Under the pieces are notes generated by a model. The model did not search any database. It was given only the letters and a program-made list of their open reading frames with translations, and was not told where the DNA came from. Shown here piece by piece: positions 1 to 9,819 of a stretch of 64,000 nucleotides of DNA (positions are counted from its first letter, which is position 1; each line of letters starts with the position of its first letter). A program made the position numbers and the translations under genes. Source of the DNA: a candidate division BRC1 bacterium HGW-BRC1-1 (GTDB taxonomy: Bacteria; Sumerlaeota; Sumerlaeia; Sumerlaeales; Sumerlaeaceae); contig PHCB01000006.1 in assembly GCA_002842095.1 (NCBI GenBank), positions 206,044 to 270,043 on the forward strand, given 5' to 3'.

Positions 1-179
1 ATGGGAAATACGTGATCGATGCAACCTTTGCGGTCCGCCTCGAAACGCTGACACCCCGGACGTTTTGAGACAGTCCGGCGCAGGGATCGATCCATCGGTT
101 AACAAGAACCCTTGCACCTCGGGCTTTGGGCGGGATGCTTCTGAATTTCTGCGTCTGAGCGTTTGCGCGGGGCTGTGCC

Positions 180-965
180 ATGAACTCACTCCTCACAAAA
201 TTTACCCTCGGCTTCTCCGCAACCGCGGTCTCTTTTCCGTGGTTGCCGGAGCAGTCATCGACGTATGCGCCGGGGATCGATGGATTGTTTTATCTGATCC
301 TCGGCATCTCGTTGTTCTTCATCGTACTGGTGCACGTGCTGATAGTTGTGTTCGTCTGGCGCTACCGTCAGCGGCAGGGGCGGCGGGCGTTTTATACGAG
401 CGGGAACCGGCGGCTCGAAGCTCTGTGGTTTTCCATCCCGGCGGTGATTCTGGTGGTGTTGGTGATCCTCAGTCAGTCGACGTGGTCGCGCATCAAGACG
501 GCGGCGGTGTGGCCCGCCGAAGCCCTCACGGTGGAGGTGCTGGCGGAACAATACGCCTGGAATTTCCGCTATGCGGGACCCGACGGCAAGTTCGGCGCCC
601 TCGACCCCGCGCTGATGGACCCTTACAATCCCTGGGGTCGCGTGGAGGATGACCCCGACGGGGCCGACGACGTGATGACCATCAACACCATGGCCATTCC
701 CGTGAACGAGCCGGTGCGCGTGCTGTTGCGCAGCAAGGATGTCATCCACAGTTTCTTCCTGCCCGATTTCCGCTACAAACACGACGCCGTGCCGGGGATG
801 ACGATGGAGTTCCATCTTGAGGCCACACGCCCGGGCGATTTTCCGCTGGCCTGCGCCGAGTTCTGCGGGCTTGGCCACTACCGCATGAAGGGAACCCTGC
901 ACGTGATGCCCCGCGCGGAATTTGACGCGTGGCTGACGGAGCAAGCCGAGGAAGGGCAACCATGA
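180..965 (+). CDS. coxB: Cytochrome c oxidase subunit II (CuA)
   Basis: Two TM helices (LE..W..IP), QYAWNFRY aromatic loop, DVIHSF and CAEFCGLGHYRM CuA ligands; ATGA overlap with coxA. Confidence 0.95.
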   Translation: MNSLLTKFTLGFSATAVSFPWLPEQSSTYAPGIDGLFYLILGISLFFIVLVHVLIVVFVWRYRQRQGRRAFYTSGNRRLEALWFSIPAVILVVLVILSQSTWSRIKTAAVWPAEALTVEVLAEQYAWNFRYAGPDGKFGALDPALMDPYNPWGRVEDDPDGADDVMTINTMAIPVNEPVRVLLRSKDVIHSFFLPDFRYKHDAVPGMTMEFHLEATRPGDFPLACAEFCGLGHYRMKGTLHVMPRAEFDAWLTEQAEEGQP

Positions 966-2752
966 TTTCATCGCAGGCAGACGCCACCACCGCCGACCGC
1001 TCTATCCCCGCCGCTCCTCGTCTGCGCGCGCCACGCCGCGCCTTGTGGCGCTACGTTTTCACCACCGATCATAAAATTGTCGCGTTGCAATATCTCTTCG
1101 GCACCCTGGCGTTTCTGTTTTTCGGCGCCTGTCTGGCCATGCTCATGCGGTGGCAGTTGGGCTGGCCCATGCAGCGCGTGCCGGGACTGGGACGCGTGTT
1201 GCCGGCGCTCTCGTCGCAGGGCGGCATCATCACGCCCGAGTTGTACTCCTCGGTCTTCTCGCTCCACGGCACTATCATGGTTTATTTCGTCGTCATCCCG
1301 CTGGCGGTAAACGCACTGGGCGGCTACCTCGTGCCGCTGATGGTGGGGGCTCGCAACATGACTTTCCCGCTGCTGAACGCCCTCAGCTTCTGGGCCTACG
1401 CGGTGGGCGGAACCATCCTGCTGGGCAGCATGTTCACCGAGGGCGGAGCGGCGGCGGCGGGCTGGACGGCCTACGCACCGCTGGCCGCGCTGGGCACGTC
1501 GGGACAGGACTGGTGGATCATCGCACTGCTGCTGGCCGGGGCATCGGGCATCATGAGTACGCTGTGCTACGTGACCACCATCGTGAACGGCCGCGCCGCA
1601 GGAATGACTTTGGGGCGTCTGCCGATGACGGCCTGGGCCATGCTGGCCACATCGGGCCTCACGCTGCTGGCGGTGCCGGCCCTCACTGTGGCGCTGCTGC
1701 TGCTACTGTTCGATCGCAATTTCGGCACGTCGTTTTTCATGCCCAGCAACATGATTGTCTCGGGCGAGCGCCTCGCGAACCCCGGCGGCGGGCAGCCGCT
1801 GCTGTGGCAGCATCTCTTTTGGTTCTACGCGCACCCGGCGGTTTACATCATGATCATGCCCGGCATGGGGATGGTCAGCGACATGCTGCCGGCGTTTGCG
1901 CGCAAACCGCTCTTCGGCTACAAGAGCACCGCCCTGGCGACATGCTCCATCGCCTTCCTGGGTTTCCTCGTGTGGGGGCATCACATGTTCCAGAGCGGCA
2001 TGAATCCGTACCTCGGCACCACGTTCATGATTTCCACCATGGCCATTGCCGCGCCCAGCGCGCTGGAGGTTTTCAACTGGCTGGCCACGCTGTGGCGCGG
2101 ATCGCTGCGGCTGGTCACGCCCATGCTTTTCATTCTGGGGTTCCTGTCGCTGTTTGTCATCGGCGGCCTGAGCGGCGTTTTCATGGCGTCGACGCCGGTC
2201 GATATTTATGTGCACGACACCTACTTCGTGGTGGCGCACCTGCACTACATTGTGTTTGGCGGCAGTATGTTCGCGATGTTCGCGGCCATCTATTTCTGGT
2301 TCCCCAAGATGTTTGGCGTGCTGCTGGGCGAGACCCTGGGCCGGTGGCATTTCGGGCTGACGTATGTGCTGTTCAACCTGACGTTTTTCCCCATGCACAT
2401 GCTGGGCGTGGGCGGCATGCAGCGGCGCATTTATGACCCCACGATTTTCCCGCACCTAGCGGCGATGCAGCCCGTGAACGTATGGATTTCCGTGAGTGCC
2501 TACGCGCTGTTTGTGGCGCAGTTGGTGTTCGCCTATAACTTTGTGCGGGGACTGTGGCGCGCGCACCAAGGCACGGGCCCGCGCGCAGGAGACAACCCGT
2601 GGGAGGCCAACACGCTGGAGTGGCAGACAACGTCACCGCCGCCCGAAGGAAATTTTGTGGAGCGACCCATCGTAGTGCGCGGCCCCCACGAATACGGCTC
2701 ACCCGAATGCGATGCCAAGGGCGTGGAACACCTGCCGCAGAATGTGGCGTGA
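962..2752 (+). CDS. coxA: Heme-copper oxidase subunit I (A-family, A2-like, with atypical proton-channel residues)
   Basis: TTDHK, LHGTIM, WFYAHPAVY, VWGHHMF, HDTYFVVAHLHY, GMQRR, NPW..TLEW motifs. Start set at ATG 962, which overlaps the coxB stop. Confidence 0.95.
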   Translation: MISSQADATTADRSIPAAPRLRAPRRALWRYVFTTDHKIVALQYLFGTLAFLFFGACLAMLMRWQLGWPMQRVPGLGRVLPALSSQGGIITPELYSSVFSLHGTIMVYFVVIPLAVNALGGYLVPLMVGARNMTFPLLNALSFWAYAVGGTILLGSMFTEGGAAAAGWTAYAPLAALGTSGQDWWIIALLLAGASGIMSTLCYVTTIVNGRAAGMTLGRLPMTAWAMLATSGLTLLAVPALTVALLLLLFDRNFGTSFFMPSNMIVSGERLANPGGGQPLLWQHLFWFYAHPAVYIMIMPGMGMVSDMLPAFARKPLFGYKSTALATCSIAFLGFLVWGHHMFQSGMNPYLGTTFMISTMAIAAPSALEVFNWLATLWRGSLRLVTPMLFILGFLSLFVIGGLSGVFMASTPVDIYVHDTYFVVAHLHYIVFGGSMFAMFAAIYFWFPKMFGVLLGETLGRWHFGLTYVLFNLTFFPMHMLGVGGMQRRIYDPTIFPHLAAMQPVNVWISVSAYALFVAQLVFAYNFVRGLWRAHQGTGPRAGDNPWEANTLEWQTTSPPPEGNFVERPIVVRGPHEYGSPECDAKGVEHLPQNVA

Positions 2753-2782
2753 ACGTGAATCGCCCTTCTGACCCCGCCCGCC

Positions 2783-3694
2783 TTAACTGACCTTGTCGCC
2801 CACCAACAGCCCGAAGAGGACGATGAGATAGATGAGCGACGCGAAGAATGAGCGTCGCGCACGTGGTCGCTCCACTTTCAGAAACCAGGCGAAGGTGGCT
2901 GCCAGATAGAACATGCCCAGCAGGAATGCGCCCACCAGATAGAACGGTCCTGTCAGTCCCACCGCATAAGGAATGAAGCTCACAAAAATCATCCCGATGA
3001 GATAAATCACCGCCTGTCGCGCTGCGACCTGGCCACCGTAGTCGAGCACCGTCAGCAGCTTGAATCCGCCGCGCTGGTAGTCCTCGCGATACATGTATCC
3101 GATGGCCAGAGAGTGGGGCAACTGCCAGAGGAACATAATCGCAAACAGCACCATGGCGCCGTAGGTCACCTCGCCGCGGGCGGCGGCCCATCCGATGACC
3201 GGCGGCAGTGCGCCGGGCACAGCTCCCACCACCGTGCAGAGCGACGTGATGCGTTTCAGCGGCGTGTAAACGAAAACGTAGCTGACAAACGCCAACGCCC
3301 CCACTGCGGCAGCTACGGGGTTCACGGCGAGGGCCATGTAGGCCAGACCCACCATGGTCAGAATCATTCCCTGGGCGAAGGCCGCACCGGGGTTCATGCG
3401 TCCCGTGGGCAGGGGGCGGTTGCGCGTGCGTTCCATCAGGCCGTCGCGGTCGCGCTCGAGATACTGGTTCATGGCGCAACCACCGCCGGACATAATCCAC
3501 GTAGCTATAAACGTATTTACCAGAGCAAGCCAGTCGATGGAGCCAACCGTGCCGAGATAAAAACCGCCTGCGGTGGTGATGGCTGCCATGGTGGAAATGC
3601 GCGGTTTGGTGAGGGCAAGCATGTCCGAGACGCGGCTGATGGATTCGGCCGCTGCGACCGGATCCATTTGCTCCAGGGGGAGCGATTGCTTCAT
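2783..3694 (-). CDS. ctaB: Protoheme IX farnesyltransferase (heme O synthase)
   Basis: LTKPRI, NQYLERDRDGLMERTRNRPLP, YTPLKR, GALPPVIGW, FLWQLPH, YREDY motifs. Confidence 0.95.
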   Translation of the reverse strand: MKQSLPLEQMDPVAAAESISRVSDMLALTKPRISTMAAITTAGGFYLGTVGSIDWLALVNTFIATWIMSGGGCAMNQYLERDRDGLMERTRNRPLPTGRMNPGAAFAQGMILTMVGLAYMALAVNPVAAAVGALAFVSYVFVYTPLKRITSLCTVVGAVPGALPPVIGWAAARGEVTYGAMVLFAIMFLWQLPHSLAIGYMYREDYQRGGFKLLTVLDYGGQVAARQAVIYLIGMIFVSFIPYAVGLTGPFYLVGAFLLGMFYLAATFAWFLKVERPRARRSFFASLIYLIVLFGLLVGDKVS

Positions 3695-4713
3695 GCGGGG
3701 GCTTCTCCGGAAATCTGATTTGCGCCAGAGGAGTCCGTGTTGATGGTGACGGAGCGCGGAGCCACGTCGAGGATCTGAGAGGCGCGTAGGGCGATGTACA
3801 AGGTCAGCGCAAGAATGATCGCGCCCGTTACCACATGGGTGGTGGAAATCAGGATGTGGTGCATGGATGGCATTTGCGGTTCAAGCCGGGCGCGGTTGGC
3901 CCAGATGCTCCAGATGCCGAGGCTCACTTGCAGGATCAGCAGCAGGCCGGCGGCAGTGGAAAACCGGCGCAGCGGGGCGACGTCTTTGTATTCGCTCTGC
4001 ACCCGCGCAATCACCCAGCCGATGGCGACGACAACGAGAATGCCGCCGAGAATGTGCGACAACAGATGCCAGATGAAGGGTGCCTCGGGAATATCGCTGT
4101 GGCGCACACCGGCGCCCATGATCAACTGGAAGTAAACAATGGCCATCACGATTTTCGCGGTAAGCACCATCGAACGGTTGCCCGGGCGTTGGACGGAGAG
4201 GAGCGGAGTAGCATCGGATGAGGGCATCCAACTTCGACTGGTGAGCACCGCAATGGACAGCGTGAGGAGAAAAAACGCCTGGGCCAGACACGCGTGGACC
4301 ATGGAGACCCAAGGGGCGCGATAGGAATGGATGATCAGGCCACCGAACAGCGCCTGCGCCACCACGAGAACCACGGCCCACCAACCCAGCTTGCGCAGGA
4401 AGGGGCGCGACTCGCGCAACTGCATCCAGATGGCGAGGATGAGCGTCAACATGCCGGTGGTGGCGGCTATCACGCGGTGGGTGTCTTCATAGCGCAAACC
4501 GCCCACCCAGGTTTCGGCCTGGGGTATCCAGCTTCCGGCAAATTTCGGCCAGGTGGGGTCGCTGAGGGCGGCCTTGTTGCCCGTGATGAGCGCGCCCGCG
4601 CCGATGAGGATGAGCGTGAAAAGCGCGGTGAGCTTGGCAAAAGCCGCTAAACCGGGGTTGTACGAGAATGGCATCCGCAGACGCCGAGTCTTGGTGTTCG
4701 GAGAAGTTGCCAT
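3691..4713 (-). CDS. ctaA: Heme A synthase (COX15/CtaA family)
   Basis: About 8 TM helices, WP motif, E-x-x-H-R (EDTHR) and three further helix His; overlaps ctaB. Start moved to ATG 4713 because the ORF-track extension runs through a repeat array. Confidence 0.85.
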   Translation of the reverse strand: MATSPNTKTRRLRMPFSYNPGLAAFAKLTALFTLILIGAGALITGNKAALSDPTWPKFAGSWIPQAETWVGGLRYEDTHRVIAATTGMLTLILAIWMQLRESRPFLRKLGWWAVVLVVAQALFGGLIIHSYRAPWVSMVHACLAQAFFLLTLSIAVLTSRSWMPSSDATPLLSVQRPGNRSMVLTAKIVMAIVYFQLIMGAGVRHSDIPEAPFIWHLLSHILGGILVVVAIGWVIARVQSEYKDVAPLRRFSTAAGLLLILQVSLGIWSIWANRARLEPQMPSMHHILISTTHVVTGAIILALTLYIALRASQILDVAPRSVTINTDSSGANQISGEAPA

Positions 4714-4825
4714 GGTTATGGGGGTCCGTGTGATGGTAAGTTCAGAAATTTGGAGACCTGTTGGGGACGGGTTTAGGTCGCGGAGGGTTTCAATGCAAGC
4801 AATAGGATTGTGGGTGGCGGGGGGG

Positions 4826-4870
4826 ATGGACAAAATGGACGAAATGGACTTTATGGACGATATGGACGGA
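4826..4870 (+). repeat. 9-bp tandem array, 5 x ATGGAC-NNN
   Basis: atggacaaa atggacgaa atggacttt atggacgat atggacgga, preceded by a G run; intergenic. Confidence 0.95.
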
Positions 4871-4966
4871 AACTGTTGCCGCAAGGCTGTGTCCACTCGC
4901 GCAGGCAGATCTGCGACCGGCGCCCACGCCGGTTGCAGCCAGACGATTCGCTTAAAGTAAGCCGTT

Positions 4967-6550
4967 TTATTGGCTACTTTTTTTGGGGTACGCCACCACG
5001 GTTACGGTGGTCACATCGGCGCCGAGGTTGCTTAGGGGGCCTATGGCGGCGGCTTCCAGGCCTACTTCCAGCAGGTACTCGCCGGGTTCGTCGGGGGCGC
5101 GCAGTATGAGGGTGTTGGATGTGCTCTCGCCGGGCAGGAGATCGTGCGACAACTTACTGCTGGCGGCAGTGCCGGTGGTGGCCGCGCCCTCGGTGCGCCA
5201 GCGGCCGGTCACGGTTACGCTGCCGTAGTCCACGTTGGTGCGGTTGCCAAATTCTTCCACGCGATGATGACGCAGCCATGTGGTGTTGCCCGCGTTCTTC
5301 GCGATGACCGACACCGCCGTGTCAGCGCCCACCGTGGTTTCCAGTCGCGCATCGGCCACGGTCCAGGCGGCCAGTGGTTTGTCGCTGGCGGTCGTGTCGT
5401 AGCGCGCCGTTTTCACGATGCGGTCAAACTCTTCCTGCGTCAAATATCCCAAATGCCGCAGCACCCCCACCATTAGTCGAGCGGCCACGTTGTGCCCCGG
5501 CCCCGACAGATGCATGCCGTCGGCTTCGAACAAGCGGTTGCGGTCGCGAAATTCAAATGCTTCGTCCACGTCCAGCAGCATGGCTCCGGTGGCCGTGGCC
5601 GCAGCGCGCACCTGATTATTGTAAAGATTATGCAGGGCGGTCGGCGTGTTTTCGTCGGCTGCAAAACCTTCGTCGTGCAGATGACGGGTGTTTGCGGCCG
5701 TGAGGTTGGAGGGTTGTGTGGCGAGGATCGGCTGTGCCCCGGCGGCGCGCACGCTGGCCACCAGCGCCTCGAGATTTTCGGCGAATTGGTCGGGCCCCAC
5801 GCGAAGCGTACCGCTGGTTGTTCCGTCGGGGGGCGGATGCCATCGCGATCCCGCGGGTGCCGCGGCCATCTGGTACAGCCGCGACCAATTGAAAATCCTG
5901 TGGGCGGCTGCGGCAAAAAAGTTGCGTGCACCCAGTTCTTTGTCGGGCAGGTTCAGCGCCGGAAAATGATCGTTCCAACCGTAACTGATCAGCACCACAT
6001 CGGGATGCAGATGTTTCAGGCGACCCCACAGACGGCGGCCCTGTTCCGTGGTGTAGCCCGCCACGGAGGCGTTGATAACTTCCAGCGTGGTGGTGGTTTG
6101 GGCGCCGTTAGCCAGGCGCGCGGCAATGTCTGGAAAGACGCGGTAGGTGAGCGCGGAAACGGAATCACCCAGACAGAGCACGCGGATGGTTCCCTCTGGT
6201 TTTTTCTTCGCGGGCGCAACGTTGCCCAGCGTTCCGTCGGCGGATACAGGAATCCCGCCGAGGTTGGTGCCCGGTTCCAGACGCCACAGCAGATAGCGAT
6301 CCGCGGTGAAGGCGTCGGTGGCGAATCGGCGGTTCAACGCCATGGCACTGGCACGGCAGGTGGCGTTTTGCACCCCCATCGGAATGCGCGGTCGCGCAAA
6401 GCCAATGATGCGCAACGCCATCTCGGCGGCCATCAATGGCACTATCACCACCAGCAGCCAGAACACGATGCGTCGCACAATCAACATGCGACCCGTAACC
6501 CGGGGAGTGCGCATGCGTCGCTCGAGACGTTGGACAACTGGACTTGGCAT
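4967..6550 (-). CDS. Membrane-anchored SGNH/GDSL hydrolase with C-terminal Ig-like domain
   Basis: N-terminal TM (AEMALR), blocks LGDS, NASVAGY, GWND and DGMH; beta-rich C-terminus (KNAGNTTW...LLPGES...APDEPGEY). Confidence 0.85.
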   Translation of the reverse strand: MPSPVVQRLERRMRTPRVTGRMLIVRRIVFWLLVVIVPLMAAEMALRIIGFARPRIPMGVQNATCRASAMALNRRFATDAFTADRYLLWRLEPGTNLGGIPVSADGTLGNVAPAKKKPEGTIRVLCLGDSVSALTYRVFPDIAARLANGAQTTTTLEVINASVAGYTTEQGRRLWGRLKHLHPDVVLISYGWNDHFPALNLPDKELGARNFFAAAAHRIFNWSRLYQMAAAPAGSRWHPPPDGTTSGTLRVGPDQFAENLEALVASVRAAGAQPILATQPSNLTAANTRHLHDEGFAADENTPTALHNLYNNQVRAAATATGAMLLDVDEAFEFRDRNRLFEADGMHLSGPGHNVAARLMVGVLRHLGYLTQEEFDRIVKTARYDTTASDKPLAAWTVADARLETTVGADTAVSVIAKNAGNTTWLRHHRVEEFGNRTNVDYGSVTVTGRWRTEGAATTGTAASSKLSHDLLPGESTSNTLILRAPDEPGEYLLEVGLEAAAIGPLSNLGADVTTVTVVAYPKKSSQ

Positions 6551-6657
6551 GAAGATCAGCTAAACTGCGGACGGGTTGCGCATGCAATGTTGAAAACCAA
6601 AGGTTCCGAAAAGGAGGCCAGCAATTCCCATTGCGCGGGCGGGGTGAGGAACGGTTT

Positions 6658-8502
6658 ATGGTGGGCATGATGCCACGTATCCCGGAGGGGCTTCGCGCCC
6701 GGCTGCCTGCTTTGGCGGCGCTATTGTTGGTGTCGGTCGTTGCTTTCAGTTTCGGGTTCGTGCCGCTGCGGGCCTCCCACGATGAATGGTGGCATCTGAA
6801 AACCGGCCAGTGGATTCTGGACCACCACCGCCTGCCGCTGAACGACATTTTCACCTACACCGGCGAGAACATCCGTTGGCACAATCACGAGTGGCTGTCG
6901 CAGATTCTCTTTTACAAAATTTACGAATGGGGTGACCGCCACGCCATTGGCGACCTGCGCGCGATGCTCACCTTCCGCGCGTTTGTGGTGGCGCTTACAT
7001 TTGCGCTGGTTGCGGTGGCGGCGCGCATCGCTTCGCGCAGTTGGGGCGTGGCGGCGCTGGTGGGTGTGGTCATGGCCGACATCTCCCGCCGGGCCATTTC
7101 TCCCCGTCCGCCCATCTTGTCATACCTCCTGTTCGCGGCGTTTCTCATCGTGCTCATGCAATGGAAGCGCGGGCGCCTGCGCGGACGATGGCTGTGGGCG
7201 CTGCCCGTGGTCTCGGTGTTGTGGGCCAATCTCCACGGCATGGTTTTGCTGGGCATTGCGGCCACCGGGGCGTATGCGGGTGGCGAGGTGCTGGAGTGGC
7301 TCGCAGCGCGCGTCGATGTGTGGTGGCGGAATCGTCGCAGTGCGGCGAGTTCCCCTGCTGCGGCATTTCCCTGGCGGCCCGTTTCACTGTTAAGTGGCGT
7401 GACACTGGCGTGCATCGCGGCGGCCACGATCAATCCCGCCGGGGCGGCGCTGTTCACCCTCAGCCGCAAGTTCATGACGGATCCGGTGCTTCAGCGCACC
7501 ATCGCCGAGATGCTCCCGACGCCTGGTTTAATACTTCGCTTCACCGACGCTGCCGGCATTCAGCAGTGGATGTTCAGCCCCATCAGCGTTTCATTCTGGG
7601 CGACGGTGGCATTGCTTGCCGTCTTGTTTCTTGTGAATCGAGGACGCCTGCGCTGCGGGGCGGATTACATCCTCACGGGGTTCTTCCTCAATCAGGCGGT
7701 CATGCACTGGCGTCTGCTGCCGCTATTCGGCATTGCGGCGGCAGGTTCCTTCGCTTATCTTATCCATGCAAGTTTGCTTCGCGCGGGGTTGTGGCGTCGC
7801 CCGCGAATGGGTGTGGCGATCTTCGCCGTGGCCTCTACGCTGGGGGCGGTGTATGTTTTCGCCGTGGGCGAGCCGCCGCCGCAAACCTTCGCCCGCCGCA
7901 ACGCGGACCTCTGGCGCGGCAAGACCCATGAGCCTTCCGATTACCCGGCCCCTATGATGCAGTTCATCGTCGACACGCAACTGCCCGACCGCATGTTCAG
8001 CGAGAGCAACTATTGCGGCTACGCCATCTGGCGGCTCAGCCCCGAGTACCACAAACTGTTCACCGACAACCGGTTCGATGTTTTCGGCAGCAAATTTTTC
8101 CGCCTGGAAACGGCGGTGTTGAACGCGCTACCGGCCGGTGTTGAGTTTATCGACGGCGAGCGCCTCGAAATGAGTTGGAGCGAGATTCTCGATCATTACG
8201 GCGTGAACTTCATAATGGTCAGTCGCGAGCAGAAGCTCAACCAGGCACTGCGCGATTCGCGGGCATGGCGGCTGATCTATTATTTTGCCCAACCGGATGA
8301 CCCACCCACATCGGGCTTCAATATCTGGTTGCGCAATGACCCTGCTTTCGCCGCAGTGGTCGAGCGTGCGCGGCGCAACTTCCGCACGCAAAACCCCATG
8401 AAGCAGCAACCCGATACCATGGCCCCCGAGCCAGTTACCACATCCACGGTCAGCGCGGATGCGTTTGAAACAACCGACACCCAAGGAAGTGATCATCCAT
8501 GA
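6658..8502 (+). CDS. Polytopic membrane protein, putative GT-C-fold glycosyltransferase
   Basis: About 11 TM segments; D-x-WWHLxxG after TM1, HEWL, RP, LWANLHG motifs; GAGGA RBS 7 nt upstream of ATG 6658. Function is inferred. Confidence 0.6.
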   Translation: MVGMMPRIPEGLRARLPALAALLLVSVVAFSFGFVPLRASHDEWWHLKTGQWILDHHRLPLNDIFTYTGENIRWHNHEWLSQILFYKIYEWGDRHAIGDLRAMLTFRAFVVALTFALVAVAARIASRSWGVAALVGVVMADISRRAISPRPPILSYLLFAAFLIVLMQWKRGRLRGRWLWALPVVSVLWANLHGMVLLGIAATGAYAGGEVLEWLAARVDVWWRNRRSAASSPAAAFPWRPVSLLSGVTLACIAAATINPAGAALFTLSRKFMTDPVLQRTIAEMLPTPGLILRFTDAAGIQQWMFSPISVSFWATVALLAVLFLVNRGRLRCGADYILTGFFLNQAVMHWRLLPLFGIAAAGSFAYLIHASLLRAGLWRRPRMGVAIFAVASTLGAVYVFAVGEPPPQTFARRNADLWRGKTHEPSDYPAPMMQFIVDTQLPDRMFSESNYCGYAIWRLSPEYHKLFTDNRFDVFGSKFFRLETAVLNALPAGVEFIDGERLEMSWSEILDHYGVNFIMVSREQKLNQALRDSRAWRLIYYFAQPDDPPTSGFNIWLRNDPAFAAVVERARRNFRTQNPMKQQPDTMAPEPVTTSTVSADAFETTDTQGSDHP

Positions 8503-9734
8503 AAGAGATTCAACTCAACAAGGCCCTTTACAACGAGAAGGGCGCCCGTCCGGCTGGCGGAGCCAAGGATGGCACTCCTGCGGGGCCGCCGGTGCGCGAG
8601 CCGCGCGGATCGCTTTTCGCCCGACTCGGCGCGTTGCTTGTGGACCTGCTGTTACTGCATGGCGCGGCGATGGTTGTCGTGAAACTCACGCCCTCGGCCG
8701 TGGTCAAACTCGGCCCGCCCTCCGCATGGGTTGGTTTGCTGGTGGGCCTGATCTATTTTGCCGTGGGATACGGCCCCTCCACGGGCGGGCGCACACTGGG
8801 CAAGATGGTCGTGCGGTTGCGCGTGGCGGATCTCACCGGCCCGCCCATGCCCGCCTCCAGGGCGGCGCTGCGGGCGGTGTTGTTTCTCGCCCCGGCGGCC
8901 ATGTATCTTGCTGCCACGCAGATTGATGAATTCCAGTTTCGCCCCGATGCGCTGGCGGTTTTTCCCTTTTATGGATTGCTGGGATTGGCCTTCATGATTT
9001 CGTGGATTCTGGGCAACGCACTGTTTGCCATGGCCGATCCCCATGGACGCAGTTGGATCGATCGCTTTTGCGGTGCGGTGATCGTAACCACCGACGCGCC
9101 TGTGGAGGCGCAGGGGACGTTTGTGCGCTCTGCGCGGGAGGATGCAGACCCGGTGCGGTTGCGCAAATCGCGCATGTATCTGGGCGGGACGGTTATCACG
9201 CTTCTTATACTGGCGGGCTTCTGGCTGCATCTGAACAAGAAGATGCTGACGGAAAGTCCCGAGCGCATGCGCGAGGTTTGGATGGCCCGCAACACGGCGT
9301 TTCACGTGGCCGGGTTCCTGCCCCCCTACAAGATTCAGGATGAAGCCCCCCGGCGCGATGGCAAGGCGACCTCATCCAACGACGGGCAAACGAGCGTGGT
9401 GGTGTACCAATACTACGCGCGGCACGGCCTCGATGCGGCAGAACTGAAAACTCGTGAAGATGTGAACAACGCCGTGGATCGCGTGGCGGGTTGGTTCACC
9501 GACACGTCGAAATTCCTGGCCGAAGAACAGGGCCGGGAGGCGGAAAAGGCGCGGGCCGAAGGGAAGCCGGTTCCGGCGTTTCAGCCGCTGACGAGCGAGA
9601 AGTTTCGCATCCGCACCAGCTTCGCCGAGTACGCCGATTTGTTCTGGGCGTCGAACGCCCACGAAGTGCTGAGCCTGGAACGCATGGTGGATTTATCGGA
9701 CACAGGGACGACGACGGCCGCCCTGGCAGAGTGA
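8499..9734 (+). CDS. RDD family membrane protein with soluble C-terminal extension
   Basis: RLGALLVD, GRTLGK..VRLRV, GRSWIDR; ATGA overlap with the upstream gene. Confidence 0.8.
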   Translation: MKEIQLNKALYNEKGARPAGGAKDGTPAGPPVREPRGSLFARLGALLVDLLLLHGAAMVVVKLTPSAVVKLGPPSAWVGLLVGLIYFAVGYGPSTGGRTLGKMVVRLRVADLTGPPMPASRAALRAVLFLAPAAMYLAATQIDEFQFRPDALAVFPFYGLLGLAFMISWILGNALFAMADPHGRSWIDRFCGAVIVTTDAPVEAQGTFVRSAREDADPVRLRKSRMYLGGTVITLLILAGFWLHLNKKMLTESPERMREVWMARNTAFHVAGFLPPYKIQDEAPRRDGKATSSNDGQTSVVVYQYYARHGLDAAELKTREDVNNAVDRVAGWFTDTSKFLAEEQGREAEKARAEGKPVPAFQPLTSEKFRIRTSFAEYADLFWASNAHEVLSLERMVDLSDTGTTTAALAE

Positions 9735-9751
9735 TGGACGAAATGGACGTT
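9734..9751 (+). repeat. 9-bp tandem array, 2 x ATGGAC-NNN
   Basis: atggacgaa atggacgtt; the first A is the last base of the RDD gene's TGA stop. Confidence 0.7.
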
Positions 9752-9819
9752 AGGTAGGAGAGACCGTTGCAGCACTGTGATTCGTGAATCGGCCCACCGA
9801 ATCCTGCGCGACATCCCTC

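Noticed and set aside
1-9. ATGGGAAAT at the window edge as another 9-bp array unit
   Set aside because: A single unit cut by the boundary; it cannot be judged without upstream sequence.
4714-4896. N-terminal extension of ctaA (SISSIKSISSILSI)
   Set aside because: It is the antisense reading of the ATGGAC array; homology-like sequence starts after 4713.
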